Below are positions 55,771 through 64,000 of a DNA stretch of 64,000 nt, piece after piece (the stretch's first letter is position 1; the number at the start of each line of letters is the position of its first letter). The notes under the pieces are model-generated. The model ran no database searches. It saw only the letters and a list, made by a program, of their open reading frames with translations, and was not told where the DNA came from. Source of the stretch: Bordetella parapertussis (lineage in GTDB: Bacteria > Pseudomonadota > Gammaproteobacteria > Burkholderiales > Burkholderiaceae_B); assembly GCA_945862495.1 (NCBI GenBank), contig CAMAYM010000002.1:5631-69630 (forward strand). Direction: 5' to 3'. Both the position numbers and the translations under genes were made by a program.

Positions 55771-56499
55771 TTATTTGATCAGGACAGGAAATACGCGCCA
55801 TGTCACTTGTCGTTTGCCATCTTCTGTAACAACTTTGGCATTGGCGCGGGTTGCGGTAAAGCCTGCAGGAAGATCGGTTGTGCCTGTCACGTGCAGATAG
55901 TGATTAAGCTTGATCGCGATACGAGGCAATACAATCGTCTCAACCCGCCCATTGGCATAGCGCCCTTCAAAAGACAGTTCGATCCAGCCCTTGAACTCTG
56001 GTTTTTGCGCATTTTCTTGTAATAACCACACCAGATAAGAAAGCTTAGTGGCGTTTTTTTCTTGGGTAAATATGCTGGTGCTGACACCGATCGGACCATA
56101 GCGTGGATCGAAGGTGAGGGTCTGCGCAAACACATTGAGTTGTTCGCGCAGAGGACCGATCAGCGATTCGGCTGCAGATAAACTACTTTTAAGCTGATTG
56201 ATTTGCGCATCGCGGACCTGTACTTCGCTGTCGAGCACTTTTTGAGAGGCATCAACGCGTGTTTGCAGGGATTGTTTTTCAACAGAAAGATTTTTTAGCT
56301 CTTCGGTGAGCTTTTGTGTCTCGGCAAGAGACAGACGCTTTTCACTATAACTAGCTTGTAAAAAAAGAACACCACCACCACCGAGCACGATACCCAATAA
56401 AAACAGGATTAACCAGCTCGGTAAGCCGCGTGAGCCGCGCCGGGTATCGTACGGTGCAGGCTTAAATATCGCACGTTTAGCTTGAACACGAATGACCAT
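55771..56499 (-). CDS. hypothetical membrane-anchored coiled-coil protein
   Basis: A 242-aa protein. It has a basic N-terminus and one TM segment (LPSWLILFLLGIVLGGGGVLFL). A ~70-aa heptad-like region (LTEELKNLSVEKQSLQTRVDASQKVL...) and a beta-rich C-terminal domain follow. I cannot assign a family with confidence. Confidence 0.5.
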   Translation of the reverse strand: MVIRVQAKRAIFKPAPYDTRRGSRGLPSWLILFLLGIVLGGGGVLFLQASYSEKRLSLAETQKLTEELKNLSVEKQSLQTRVDASQKVLDSEVQVRDAQINQLKSSLSAAESLIGPLREQLNVFAQTLTFDPRYGPIGVSTSIFTQEKNATKLSYLVWLLQENAQKPEFKGWIELSFEGRYANGRVETIVLPRIAIKLNHYLHVTGTTDLPAGFTATRANAKVVTEDGKRQVTWRVFPVLIK

Positions 56500-56520
56500 C
56501 TCTTTCTCCGCAAACGGACC

Positions 56521-57234
56521 TCAATGCTTAAGCATGTATTCTAACGTGTAGAGCCGCTCCGGGGTACCAACGTCTATCCATGCACCATGGTGGAGTTGCC
56601 CGATGATGCGTTCCCGCGCAATGGCATCTCGCAAAAGGGGCGCAAGTTTTGCGGGTTGATGCGCGGGTATATCGGCAAAAAGGGAGGGTTGGTATACCCC
56701 AATACCAGAGAAGGTGTGTTTGGGCGCGTTAGAAGCGGTAATGGAGGTGGCACGCACGTCTGTGTCGGTCACCCGCCCGTCTTCTGTCAGCCCAAAGTCC
56801 CCTTTTGGATGATGGTCGGGATTAGGTACAAGTAGCAACCAAGCTTGCTGCGCACTCTGGCTCAAGTGTTTGCCAATCTTTAAGGCTTGTAACGGACTCC
56901 AATCGCACCAGATATCGCCATTCATGACTAAAAATGGGTCCGTTCCTAAAAGTGGTAACGCCGTGGCAATGCCGCCCGCGGTTTCGAGCGCAACCGTTTC
57001 GGCAGAGTATTGAATACGAACACCCCACTGTCGACCATCCTGGAGTGTTTGCTCAATACGCGCGCCGAGCCAAGCGTGATTGATCACAATCTCCGTGATG
57101 CCTGCGGCAGCCAATTTTTCAATATGCCACTGAATCAGCGGCTTGCCAGCGACCGGTATCAAAGGTTTTGGCAACGTGTCCGTCAGTGGGCGCATGCGTT
57201 CGCCCCGCCCAGCGGCAAGAATCATCGCGCGCAT
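56521..57234 (-). CDS. murU: N-acetylmuramate alpha-1-phosphate uridylyltransferase-like nucleotidyltransferase
   Basis: MRAMILAAGRGERMRPLTDTLPKPLIPVAGKPLI. The gene is coupled (ATGA) to an AmgK-like kinase and divergent from lptD-surA, which is the conserved amgK-murU context. Confidence 0.8.
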   Translation of the reverse strand: MRAMILAAGRGERMRPLTDTLPKPLIPVAGKPLIQWHIEKLAAAGITEIVINHAWLGARIEQTLQDGRQWGVRIQYSAETVALETAGGIATALPLLGTDPFLVMNGDIWCDWSPLQALKIGKHLSQSAQQAWLLLVPNPDHHPKGDFGLTEDGRVTDTDVRATSITASNAPKHTFSGIGVYQPSLFADIPAHQPAKLAPLLRDAIARERIIGQLHHGAWIDVGTPERLYTLEYMLKH

Positions 57235-58277
57235 CAGAACGTGTACCCCACCTTTATTTGGACGTGATCGAGCTCGTCGAGCACGCGCAACAGCGGTTTA
57301 AATGCGATGTACCGTCCAGCGACTTGGCGAACGTATTGATTGACGCGGGGGATATGCGCCAGATAGGCGGCTTTGCCGTCGCGGTGGTTGAGTCTGGAAA
57401 AGACGCCTAGGATGCGCAGATTACGTTGTAGCCCCATCCATTCGTAATCCTGATGAAAATCTGCAAAATCCGCGGGCACAGGTAATCCATTTTTGCGCGC
57501 AAGCTCCCAGTAGCGAATCGCCCAGTCTATTTGTTGTGGCTCTTCCCAAGTCGTGCGGGCGTCCATGACCAAGGAAGCGAGGTCATAAGTGATCGGGCCT
57601 GAGACGGCATCTTGAAAATCCAAAATACCGGGGTTAGCGCCGTATTCTGGGCGATCGCAGTGCATCAGATTAGGGGAATGAAAGTCCCGATGCACCAGCA
57701 CGCGAGGTTGCGCGGCGTTGCGGGTCACGAGCAAGTCAAACACGTGATTGAGTCCTTCAAGCGCAGCGGGTTCCAAGTTCACCTTGCAATGCACTGAGAC
57801 GTACCACTCGACAAAGAGACCGAGTTCGTCTTTCAAGCGGGCAGTGTCATAGACAGGGAGTCCCGTTGCATCCGCAGTTTGCATTTGCACGAGCGCGGCC
57901 AGTGCATCGCGATATATGGCTTGTAAACGTGCGTCAGCGAGACCGGACTGAATGCTGTCGTAGTACGTAGTGGGCCCCAAATCGGTCAAAAGTAAAAATC
58001 CCTGAGTCAGATCCTGCGCAAGAATCGTGGGGACATTGAGATGAACGGCCGCTAATCGGCGCGCGACATCAACAAAGGGTCGACAGTCCTCCTGGGGGGG
58101 CGGTGCATCCATCACGACAAGTGTGCCCTGCGCTGCGGTAATCCGGAAATAGCGCCTAAAACTGGCATCGCTGGATGCAGGAGCGAGACTGGCAGGTTCG
58201 AGCCCTAAAGACGGCGGGCACGTGCGGAGCCACTCAAGAAGTCTTGCTATTCTTGTTTCTGAATTGATGATTGACAT
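57234..58277 (-). CDS. amgK: anomeric MurNAc/GlcNAc kinase-like phosphotransferase (APH family)
   Basis: The SDASFRRYFRI motif and the HRDFHSPNLM catalytic loop are present. I chose the ATG at 58277 (the TTG at 58322 is an alternative). Confidence 0.8.
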   Translation of the reverse strand: MSIINSETRIARLLEWLRTCPPSLGLEPASLAPASSDASFRRYFRITAAQGTLVVMDAPPPQEDCRPFVDVARRLAAVHLNVPTILAQDLTQGFLLLTDLGPTTYYDSIQSGLADARLQAIYRDALAALVQMQTADATGLPVYDTARLKDELGLFVEWYVSVHCKVNLEPAALEGLNHVFDLLVTRNAAQPRVLVHRDFHSPNLMHCDRPEYGANPGILDFQDAVSGPITYDLASLVMDARTTWEEPQQIDWAIRYWELARKNGLPVPADFADFHQDYEWMGLQRNLRILGVFSRLNHRDGKAAYLAHIPRVNQYVRQVAGRYIAFKPLLRVLDELDHVQIKVGYTF

Positions 58278-58351
58278 GAGCGTAAATATCGAAGGAAAAA
58301 GTGAATCAAGCGGGTCGTTCAAAGGATCGCAGCAAAGATAAGGGGCTTCTC

Positions 58352-58357
58352 TATAAT
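58352..58357 (+). promoter_or_regulatory. consensus -10 hexamer TATAAT in the amgK/lptD divergent region (candidate lptD promoter)
   Basis: A perfect TATAAT lies about 95 nt upstream of the lptD start. There is no convincing -35, so this is weak evidence. Confidence 0.3.
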
Positions 58358-58451
58358 AGCGGTTGAATGAGGCATTTCCTCAAAGATTTTTTTCAAAGCA
58401 AAATGCGGTCTATTTTTGCTAGGTGATTGTATTATGGCGACTTTTTAGAAC

Positions 58452-60815
58452 GTGCGACTCTTTCATTCGCTTTGGGTGTTACTTGGAATCGGGATTGCGT
58501 CAGCGCATGCTCAACCTACCCCTGTTTCCGTGAACTCGGCGATTGTAGGTCCAGGTTTACGTATTTCACCATTGCTTGAGCGCAGCACGATACCAGACAA
58601 AGAAATGCCTGCTTTCCTTGAGGGCGCCCAAATGCAAGGCGATGGTCTGGGCAACGCCAAGCTGCGTGGAAAAGCGACGATCAGACGTCAGGATGCCGTT
58701 CTCAAGGCCAACATCATTGACTACAACAAGCGCACGGGTGTCATGGACGCACAGGTCAATGCGCGCTTGATCAGGGACGGAAACGTCATTACCGGCGCGA
58801 GCATTATTTACAACGCCGAGGACGGGACCGCGAGCATCGACCAGCCTAACTTTTGGGTTGAAAACGGTGGGGCAGGGGTCGGCTCTTGGGCGGATGTGTT
58901 TAACCGCGATCAGATGAGTCTGACCGATGTGACGTACAGCGGTTGCCCATGCCCGCAGCCGTCTTGGTACATCGAGACAGAAAAGCTTGATTTGGACTAT
59001 GCGGCCAATGAGGGTGTCGCCAAAAATGGTGTGTTGTACTTCAAAGATGTTCCGATTTTGGCATCGCCTTATTTGACTTTTCCTATCAGAAAGGAACGAA
59101 AGTCTGGCTTTTTGCTGCCAACGTTTGGCAACACGTCCACGACAGGCGCCGATTACACCCAGCCGTACTACTTTAATATCGCCCCTAACTACGATGCCAC
59201 GTTGCAGGCGCGGGCCATGTCCAAACGCGGTGTGCAGCTCGGTGGAGAGTTTCGTTATCTCGGCGAAAGTTACAAGGGCACGATGGCCGGCACGTATTTG
59301 TCAAAAGATCTCCAAACGGGCGAGAATCGTTGGCTCTATAGCGCTCAACATAGCCAGAGTTTTGGCCGAGGGTTTTATGGTGCCTACAACGTCAACGGTG
59401 TCTCAGACAGCAAATACTTTGATGATTTTGCGAGCTTAGGTATTAACCAAGCCGTCATTAGTGCCTTGCCGCGTCAAGTCGGTGGCGGTTGGGGTAACGA
59501 GTTCGTCAACACCAGCGTTCAAGCATCCACCTTTCAAACATTAACGGGTATCCCGCAGTACAACAAGTTACCCGAATACACGGTGAACGCTGCGCGTTTT
59601 GATTTTGGCGGATTTGACGTGCAGAGTTTGAATACGGCGACGGAGTTTCAAGCGCCGCTTGATAGACGCTTTGCTTATGGCCCGGGTGGCAGTTTGCGCT
59701 GGCGTCCGGATGGTCAGCGTCTGCTTTCTTACAACTCGATTGCCTACCCGATTGTGCGCCCAGGTTGGTACATCACACCCAAAATCGCCATGAGTTTGGC
59801 CCAGTACCAGACCAACTGGTACGGCTTAGAAAAGACCTTGGGCTATGGTCAAGCCTCTAACTCGCGCGTCATGCCCCTCATGTCCGTCGATTCGGGTATG
59901 ACGTTTGAGCGTGATACGACTTTCTTTGGAAAAGGCGCACTCCAGACCCTGGAACCCCGTGCTTACTATCTGCGTGTGCCGTACAGGGATCAGTCTCAAT
60001 ACCCTGTGTATGACACCACCTTGGCAGACTTTAGTTTTTCCTCGGCTTTTCAGGAAAATATCTTTGCAGGTTTTGACCGCATTGCAAACGCCAACCAAGC
60101 AACCTTTGCGTTGACGACCCGTTGGCTCGATGCAAACTCCGGTTTTGAGCGTTTGCAGCTAAGCGTTGCTCAGCAGTTTTATTTTGAGGATCAGCAGGTC
60201 ACGTTGCCCTTTCAGGTGCCGCGCACCAATACCAAGTCTCAATTCTTGTTTGGTGGCAGTGCGGCGCTCACTGATACCCTCAATCTGACCTCCCTGGTGC
60301 AATACAACCCCTATGCCAGCCAAATCAGTCGTGCGCAGGTGACCACACGATGGCGGCCGCAAAGGCTTGCCACGCTTGCCTTGTCCTATCGTTACCAAGT
60401 CAATCCACCCGCCTTGAGTCTTTATCAGTCTCAGGGTCAAAATCAAGTCAGTGCAGCCTTTCAGTGGCCGCTCACTAACAAGTGGTATTCGATCGGCCGA
60501 CTGGATTACTCTCTCAACAACGCCACGGCGCCCAGCCTGATTGATCCTTCTACGATCAAGGGCGTTCCCAAAGTCACTCAAGCAGTCATGGGGTTGGAGT
60601 ACAAAGGTAATTGTTGTTGGACAGGACGTGTCGTGATGCAGCGTTACGTCGTGAGCGTCGATCAAACCAATACAGCCGTATTTTTTCAGCTCGAACTTGG
60701 CGGTCTGGGCAATTTAGGCCAGAATCCAATGGGTGTGATTGGTCGTAGTATCCCTGATTATCAGCCGATCAATCCTCCGGTTCCAAGCATTAGTAAATTT
60801 GAAAGGTACGAATGA
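58452..60815 (+). CDS. lptD: LPS-assembly outer-membrane protein LptD
   Basis: A 787-aa protein with a signal peptide, an OstA N-terminal domain (A..I.Y........A.GNV) and a large beta-barrel. It also has the conserved lptD-surA-rsmA synteny. Confidence 0.92.
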   Translation: MRLFHSLWVLLGIGIASAHAQPTPVSVNSAIVGPGLRISPLLERSTIPDKEMPAFLEGAQMQGDGLGNAKLRGKATIRRQDAVLKANIIDYNKRTGVMDAQVNARLIRDGNVITGASIIYNAEDGTASIDQPNFWVENGGAGVGSWADVFNRDQMSLTDVTYSGCPCPQPSWYIETEKLDLDYAANEGVAKNGVLYFKDVPILASPYLTFPIRKERKSGFLLPTFGNTSTTGADYTQPYYFNIAPNYDATLQARAMSKRGVQLGGEFRYLGESYKGTMAGTYLSKDLQTGENRWLYSAQHSQSFGRGFYGAYNVNGVSDSKYFDDFASLGINQAVISALPRQVGGGWGNEFVNTSVQASTFQTLTGIPQYNKLPEYTVNAARFDFGGFDVQSLNTATEFQAPLDRRFAYGPGGSLRWRPDGQRLLSYNSIAYPIVRPGWYITPKIAMSLAQYQTNWYGLEKTLGYGQASNSRVMPLMSVDSGMTFERDTTFFGKGALQTLEPRAYYLRVPYRDQSQYPVYDTTLADFSFSSAFQENIFAGFDRIANANQATFALTTRWLDANSGFERLQLSVAQQFYFEDQQVTLPFQVPRTNTKSQFLFGGSAALTDTLNLTSLVQYNPYASQISRAQVTTRWRPQRLATLALSYRYQVNPPALSLYQSQGQNQVSAAFQWPLTNKWYSIGRLDYSLNNATAPSLIDPSTIKGVPKVTQAVMGLEYKGNCCWTGRVVMQRYVVSVDQTNTAVFFQLELGGLGNLGQNPMGVIGRSIPDYQPINPPVPSISKFERYE

Positions 60816-62392
60816 TGGCAAGCGTAATGGCAAGCTCAAAGGCGAATGCGATGACAGATTCAAGGAAAAGTGCAAATAGGTTGTGGCGTTGTCTGGCCTT
60901 GTTGGCTTGGCTGGGGCTGGGGACTTTAGCGATGCCGAGTGCAGCACAGCTAGGTGCACCCGCTCCCGCGCGTACCAATACGGCACAAAAAGCGCCAGCC
61001 GATCGCGATGCCGACGGCATTGTTGCGGTCGTCAACAAAGACGTCATCACGCGTCGCGAGCTTGATGCCCGTGTTCGTATTGCAAAACGTGAGCTCGCCG
61101 CCCAGCGGATTCAGCCTCCGCCAGATGCCGTGCTTGAGCCCCAAGTCTTACAACGACTGATCACTGAAACGCTTGAGCAGCAAGAGGCGCGTCGTCAGCG
61201 TATCGAAATTACAGATGCCATGTTGAACGCTGCGCTCGAAATTGTTGCAAAGCGTAACAACACGACTGTGCCAAGCATGCGCAAACAGATTGAGGGCGCA
61301 GGCATCGGCTGGTCGGATTACAGTTCCATGATTCGCCGTGAGCTTATGGTTGAGCAGCTTAGACAAAAAGTCGTGGACAGCACAATTTTTGTCAGCGATG
61401 CGGATGTCGATACCTATCTCCGAGAGCAAAAAGCACGCAAAGAGGGCAACCTGCCATTGTCCGTGCGTCCCGCGCCACCACCCCCACCTCCACCACCACC
61501 GCCTAAACCTCAGGCGGTCAAGCCTGCCATTATGGGACTTGCGCAAATTTTGGTGCGCGTACCCGAAGATTCTACTGAGGAGCAAGTTAAAGCCCTGCGC
61601 GCCAAGGCGCAAGCATTACTCACACGTGTGCGTCGCGGCGAAAGTTTTGATGCGGTCGCCAAAGCTTCTTCTGATGGTCCAGAAGCCAGCCGAGGAGGAG
61701 ACATGGGGGTACGACTGGTAAAGGATTGGCCTGACTTGTTCACAAAAGGCGTGGCGGGTGTTCCAGATGGGCAGATCAGCAACCTCATTAAAAGTCCGAA
61801 CGGTTTTCATATTTTGAAGGTCATTGGTCGCGCCGGCGGAGCCCCGCCTCCACCCCCTAAGCCTCAGCCCCAAGCAACGCCTGCACCTGGAACACCCGGT
61901 GGACCGATCCCTCAAGGACCTATGCCGGTTCAGCAAACACAGGCTAGACACATTTTGATCAAGACGACTGCGGTTGTGACGGACGATAGCGCTCGCCAGA
62001 GATTGGAGCAAATTCGGCAGCGGATCGTTCAAGGCGGCGAATCTTTTTCCGATTTGGCTAAACGCTTCTCTAATGATTCTTCTGCACCTCAAGGCGGTGC
62101 ATTAGGTTGGATCAATCCTGGCGAAACGGTACCTCCTTTTGAAAAAGCGATGAACGCGCTCAAAGAAGGTGAGGTTAGCGCGCCAGTGCAAAGCCAATTT
62201 GGCTGGCACCTCATTATTGTGGATGGACGTCGCACGCAAGATATGGCGGACCAGTTCCTAAGAAATCGGGCGCGTCAACAAATCTTTCAACAGCGTTCAG
62301 GTGTCGCGTTTGATGCATGGTTACAGCAAGTGCGTACGAACTCTTTTATTGATAACAGGCTTGAAAAAAGTCAACGCCAGTCTGGGCGTTAA
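60812..62392 (+). CDS. surA: periplasmic chaperone / peptidyl-prolyl isomerase SurA
   Basis: A SurA N-terminal domain (IVAVVNKDVITRRELD) and two parvulin domains (LAQILVRVP...; ARHILIK...FGWHLI). The start is 60812 (ATGA overlap with lptD) or 60851. Confidence 0.9.
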   Translation: MMASVMASSKANAMTDSRKSANRLWRCLALLAWLGLGTLAMPSAAQLGAPAPARTNTAQKAPADRDADGIVAVVNKDVITRRELDARVRIAKRELAAQRIQPPPDAVLEPQVLQRLITETLEQQEARRQRIEITDAMLNAALEIVAKRNNTTVPSMRKQIEGAGIGWSDYSSMIRRELMVEQLRQKVVDSTIFVSDADVDTYLREQKARKEGNLPLSVRPAPPPPPPPPPPKPQAVKPAIMGLAQILVRVPEDSTEEQVKALRAKAQALLTRVRRGESFDAVAKASSDGPEASRGGDMGVRLVKDWPDLFTKGVAGVPDGQISNLIKSPNGFHILKVIGRAGGAPPPPPKPQPQATPAPGTPGGPIPQGPMPVQQTQARHILIKTTAVVTDDSARQRLEQIRQRIVQGGESFSDLAKRFSNDSSAPQGGALGWINPGETVPPFEKAMNALKEGEVSAPVQSQFGWHLIIVDGRRTQDMADQFLRNRARQQIFQQRSGVAFDAWLQQVRTNSFIDNRLEKSQRQSGR

Positions 62393-62395
62393 GGC

Positions 62396-63196
62396 GTGGT
62401 GAAGAGCCACTCCAATCAAGCGCACCAAGCACGTAAGCGCTTTGGCCAGAACTTTTTGGTCGACATTGCGGTAGTGGAGTCGATTGTTCGCGCGATTGCG
62501 CCCCAGCCGCAAGACAATATGGTCGAGATTGGACCGGGTTTGTCTGCGCTGACGGCGCCCTTGCTTGAACGTCTTGATCGCTTGTCCGTGGTGGAGATTG
62601 ACCGTGACCTCGCCCAGCGGTTGCGCGAGCGTTTTCCGGGTGAGCAACTCAATATTGTTGAGGGCGATGCCTTACAGATTGATTTTGCTCAGTTTGGCGA
62701 CAAGCTTCGGATTGTGGGCAATTTGCCCTACAACATCTCAAGCCCTTTGCTTTTTACCTTGGTGGAGAGCGCAGAGCGGGTGATTGATCAGCACTTTATG
62801 TTGCAAAGAGAAGTGGTCGATCGCATGGTCGCGCGCGCCGGCGAGTCTGATTACAGCCGTTTGTCCGTGATGTTGCAATATCGCTATCGTATTCAAAAGC
62901 TGTTTGATGTGTCCCCAGATGCGTTTGATCCACCTCCCCGCGTGACCTCTTCAATTGTGCGGATGATTCCTCTCGGGGCAGAGCGTTTGCGCGCTCAAAG
63001 TGACACTTTATTTGCGCAAGTTGTTCAGCGCGCTTTTTCCCAACGTCGCAAAATGTTGCGTGGTGTCATGGGGGAGTGGACCACTTTGATTCCCTGGCAA
63101 GCGCTCAGCATAGAGCCCACTTGGCGCGCTGAGCAGGTCTCTGTTGCGGGCTTTATCGGGATGACCGATGCGCTGTGGCTGGCAGGTGTACGTTAG
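62396..63196 (+). CDS. rsmA: 16S rRNA (adenine1518/1519-N6)-dimethyltransferase
   Basis: [24 protein letters not shown]. The protein is 266 aa. Confidence 0.93.
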   Translation: MVKSHSNQAHQARKRFGQNFLVDIAVVESIVRAIAPQPQDNMVEIGPGLSALTAPLLERLDRLSVVEIDRDLAQRLRERFPGEQLNIVEGDALQIDFAQFGDKLRIVGNLPYNISSPLLFTLVESAERVIDQHFMLQREVVDRMVARAGESDYSRLSVMLQYRYRIQKLFDVSPDAFDPPPRVTSSIVRMIPLGAERLRAQSDTLFAQVVQRAFSQRRKMLRGVMGEWTTLIPWQALSIEPTWRAEQVSVAGFIGMTDALWLAGVR

Positions 63197-64000
63197 ACTC
63201 GCGCCGAGATCCACAGTCTCAAAATATCTTGTGCCCGATCGCTCAGCAGTGCCTCTGCATGTGCGCAGGCATGCGCCAACGTAGAAGGTCCAGAGACCAG
63301 GCTAAATGCTGCCACAATTCCGGTTTGATACAACGCTTGATAGCCTTCGCCCAATGACCCAGCGATAGCGATGACGGGAACGCCAGCAGCGTGCGATATT
63401 TTTGCAACACCCATTGGCGTCTTACCATGTAGGGTCTGCGCATCCATTCGCCCCTCTCCAGTGATCACGAGTTGGGCACCTTCGATTGCATGCGCGAGGC
63501 CGCCGAGCTCTGCCACCACCTCCACGCCCGGTCGAAAGCGCGCATGCAGCCAGGCATGCGCAGCGAAACCCACGCCACCCGCAGCGCCAGCACCCGGCGC
63601 GTCTTGATGGTCTTGTCCTAGTGTCTTGGCACAGAGGTCCGCAAAGTGAACAAGCGCAAGGTCTAAGATTTGCACGTGCTCGGGTGTGGCACCTTTTTGA
63701 GGTCCAAAAATTGCTGAGGCGCCCTTGGGGCCACACAGTGGATTATTGACATCCGAAGCAATGGTGAATTGTACTTGATTCAGTCTGGCATCAAGGTGGC
63801 TGCGATCGATCTGTGCGAGTCGGGCAAGTGCGGCACCACCTGGAGGTAGTGCATGACCTTGGTCGTCCAACAGAACAAGTCCAAGTGCTTGAAGCATGCC
63901 CGCTCCCGCGTCATTGGTTGCAGAGCCACCGAGGCCTAAGACAATTTTTTCAGCCCCGAGATCGAGTGCGTGGCGAATCAATTGACCCACGCCAAAACTA
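63193..64000 (-). CDS. glycerate kinase (GarK/GlxK family), C-terminal part; 5' end outside window
   Basis: The frame is open to the window edge. [20 protein letters not shown] and the C-terminal [18 protein letters not shown] motifs are present. The stop overlaps the rsmA stop (TTAG). Confidence 0.85.
   Translation of the reverse strand, partial: SFGVGQLIRHALDLGAEKIVLGLGGSATNDAGAGMLQALGLVLLDDQGHALPPGGAALARLAQIDRSHLDARLNQVQFTIASDVNNPLCGPKGASAIFGPQKGATPEHVQILDLALVHFADLCAKTLGQDHQDAPGAGAAGGVGFAAHAWLHARFRPGVEVVAELGGLAHAIEGAQLVITGEGRMDAQTLHGKTPMGVAKISHAAGVPVIAIAGSLGEGYQALYQTGIVAAFSLVSGPSTLAHACAHAEALLSDRAQDILRLWISARV

Noticed and set aside
1-64000. CRISPR arrays, rRNA or tRNA genes, IS elements, integrases, prophage genes and toxin-antitoxin pairs.
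   Set aside because: No spaced direct-repeat arrays were seen. No intergenic region longer than about 235 bp exists. No transposase, integrase or phage-like ORFs were recognised. No small two-gene cassettes with toxin-antitoxin-like features were seen.

Overview
This is a gene-dense 64-kb chromosomal window with about 60 CDS. I saw no rRNA, tRNA, CRISPR, IS, integrase or phage genes. The content fits a Burkholderiales-type betaproteobacterium (inference from a Bug/TctC-family binding protein, two family-III CoA-transferases, and lptD-surA-rsmA divergent from amgK-murU). From start to end the window holds: an MltB-type transglycosylase (partial), a split chrA pair, FKBP and lptF. Next comes a tightly coupled DUF2889/CitE-like/CoA-transferase/acyl-CoA dehydrogenase/MaoC/MFS/phosphatase cassette, then uppP. 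A second CoA-ester cluster follows (FAH, CoA-transferase, enoyl-CoA hydratase, unknown cupin, thioesterase, MFS), then an M20 peptidase plus D-aminoacylase and an orphan 363-aa protein. Further on are cho co-oriented with an FAD oxidoreductase and a hydratase, yaeQ, HAD, SDR, FrnE-like DsbA and amt. An intact RND efflux operon is trailed by an arylformamidase-like hydrolase and a RodZ-architecture HTH protein, and a decayed second RND/OMF operon lies next to it. Then come nitronate monooxygenase, a Gln-type thiol dioxygenase plus a four-rhodanese protein, and small hydrolases with an Ldh_2 gene remnant. A hydroxy-acid/lactone catabolic island follows (cupin, Tat-exported hydrolase, IDH-like dehydrogenase, CMD, LigI-like amidohydrolase, Bug, DapA-like, LigK/RraA-like aldolase). 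Last come a seven-gene envelope operon (amgK-murU-unknown-GT39-UPF0104-GT9-PAP2) divergent from lptD-surA-rsmA, and a partial glycerate kinase. The best leads are: (1) the envelope operon, which joins peptidoglycan recycling to a predicted lipid A/core remodelling module and carries a G9 tract inside the GT39 gene; (2) the DUF2889-linked dicarboxyl-CoA cassette; (3) the thiol dioxygenase/rhodanese pair; (4) the orphan hydroxy-acid island. All functional calls come from motif recognition by eye, since no searches could be run.
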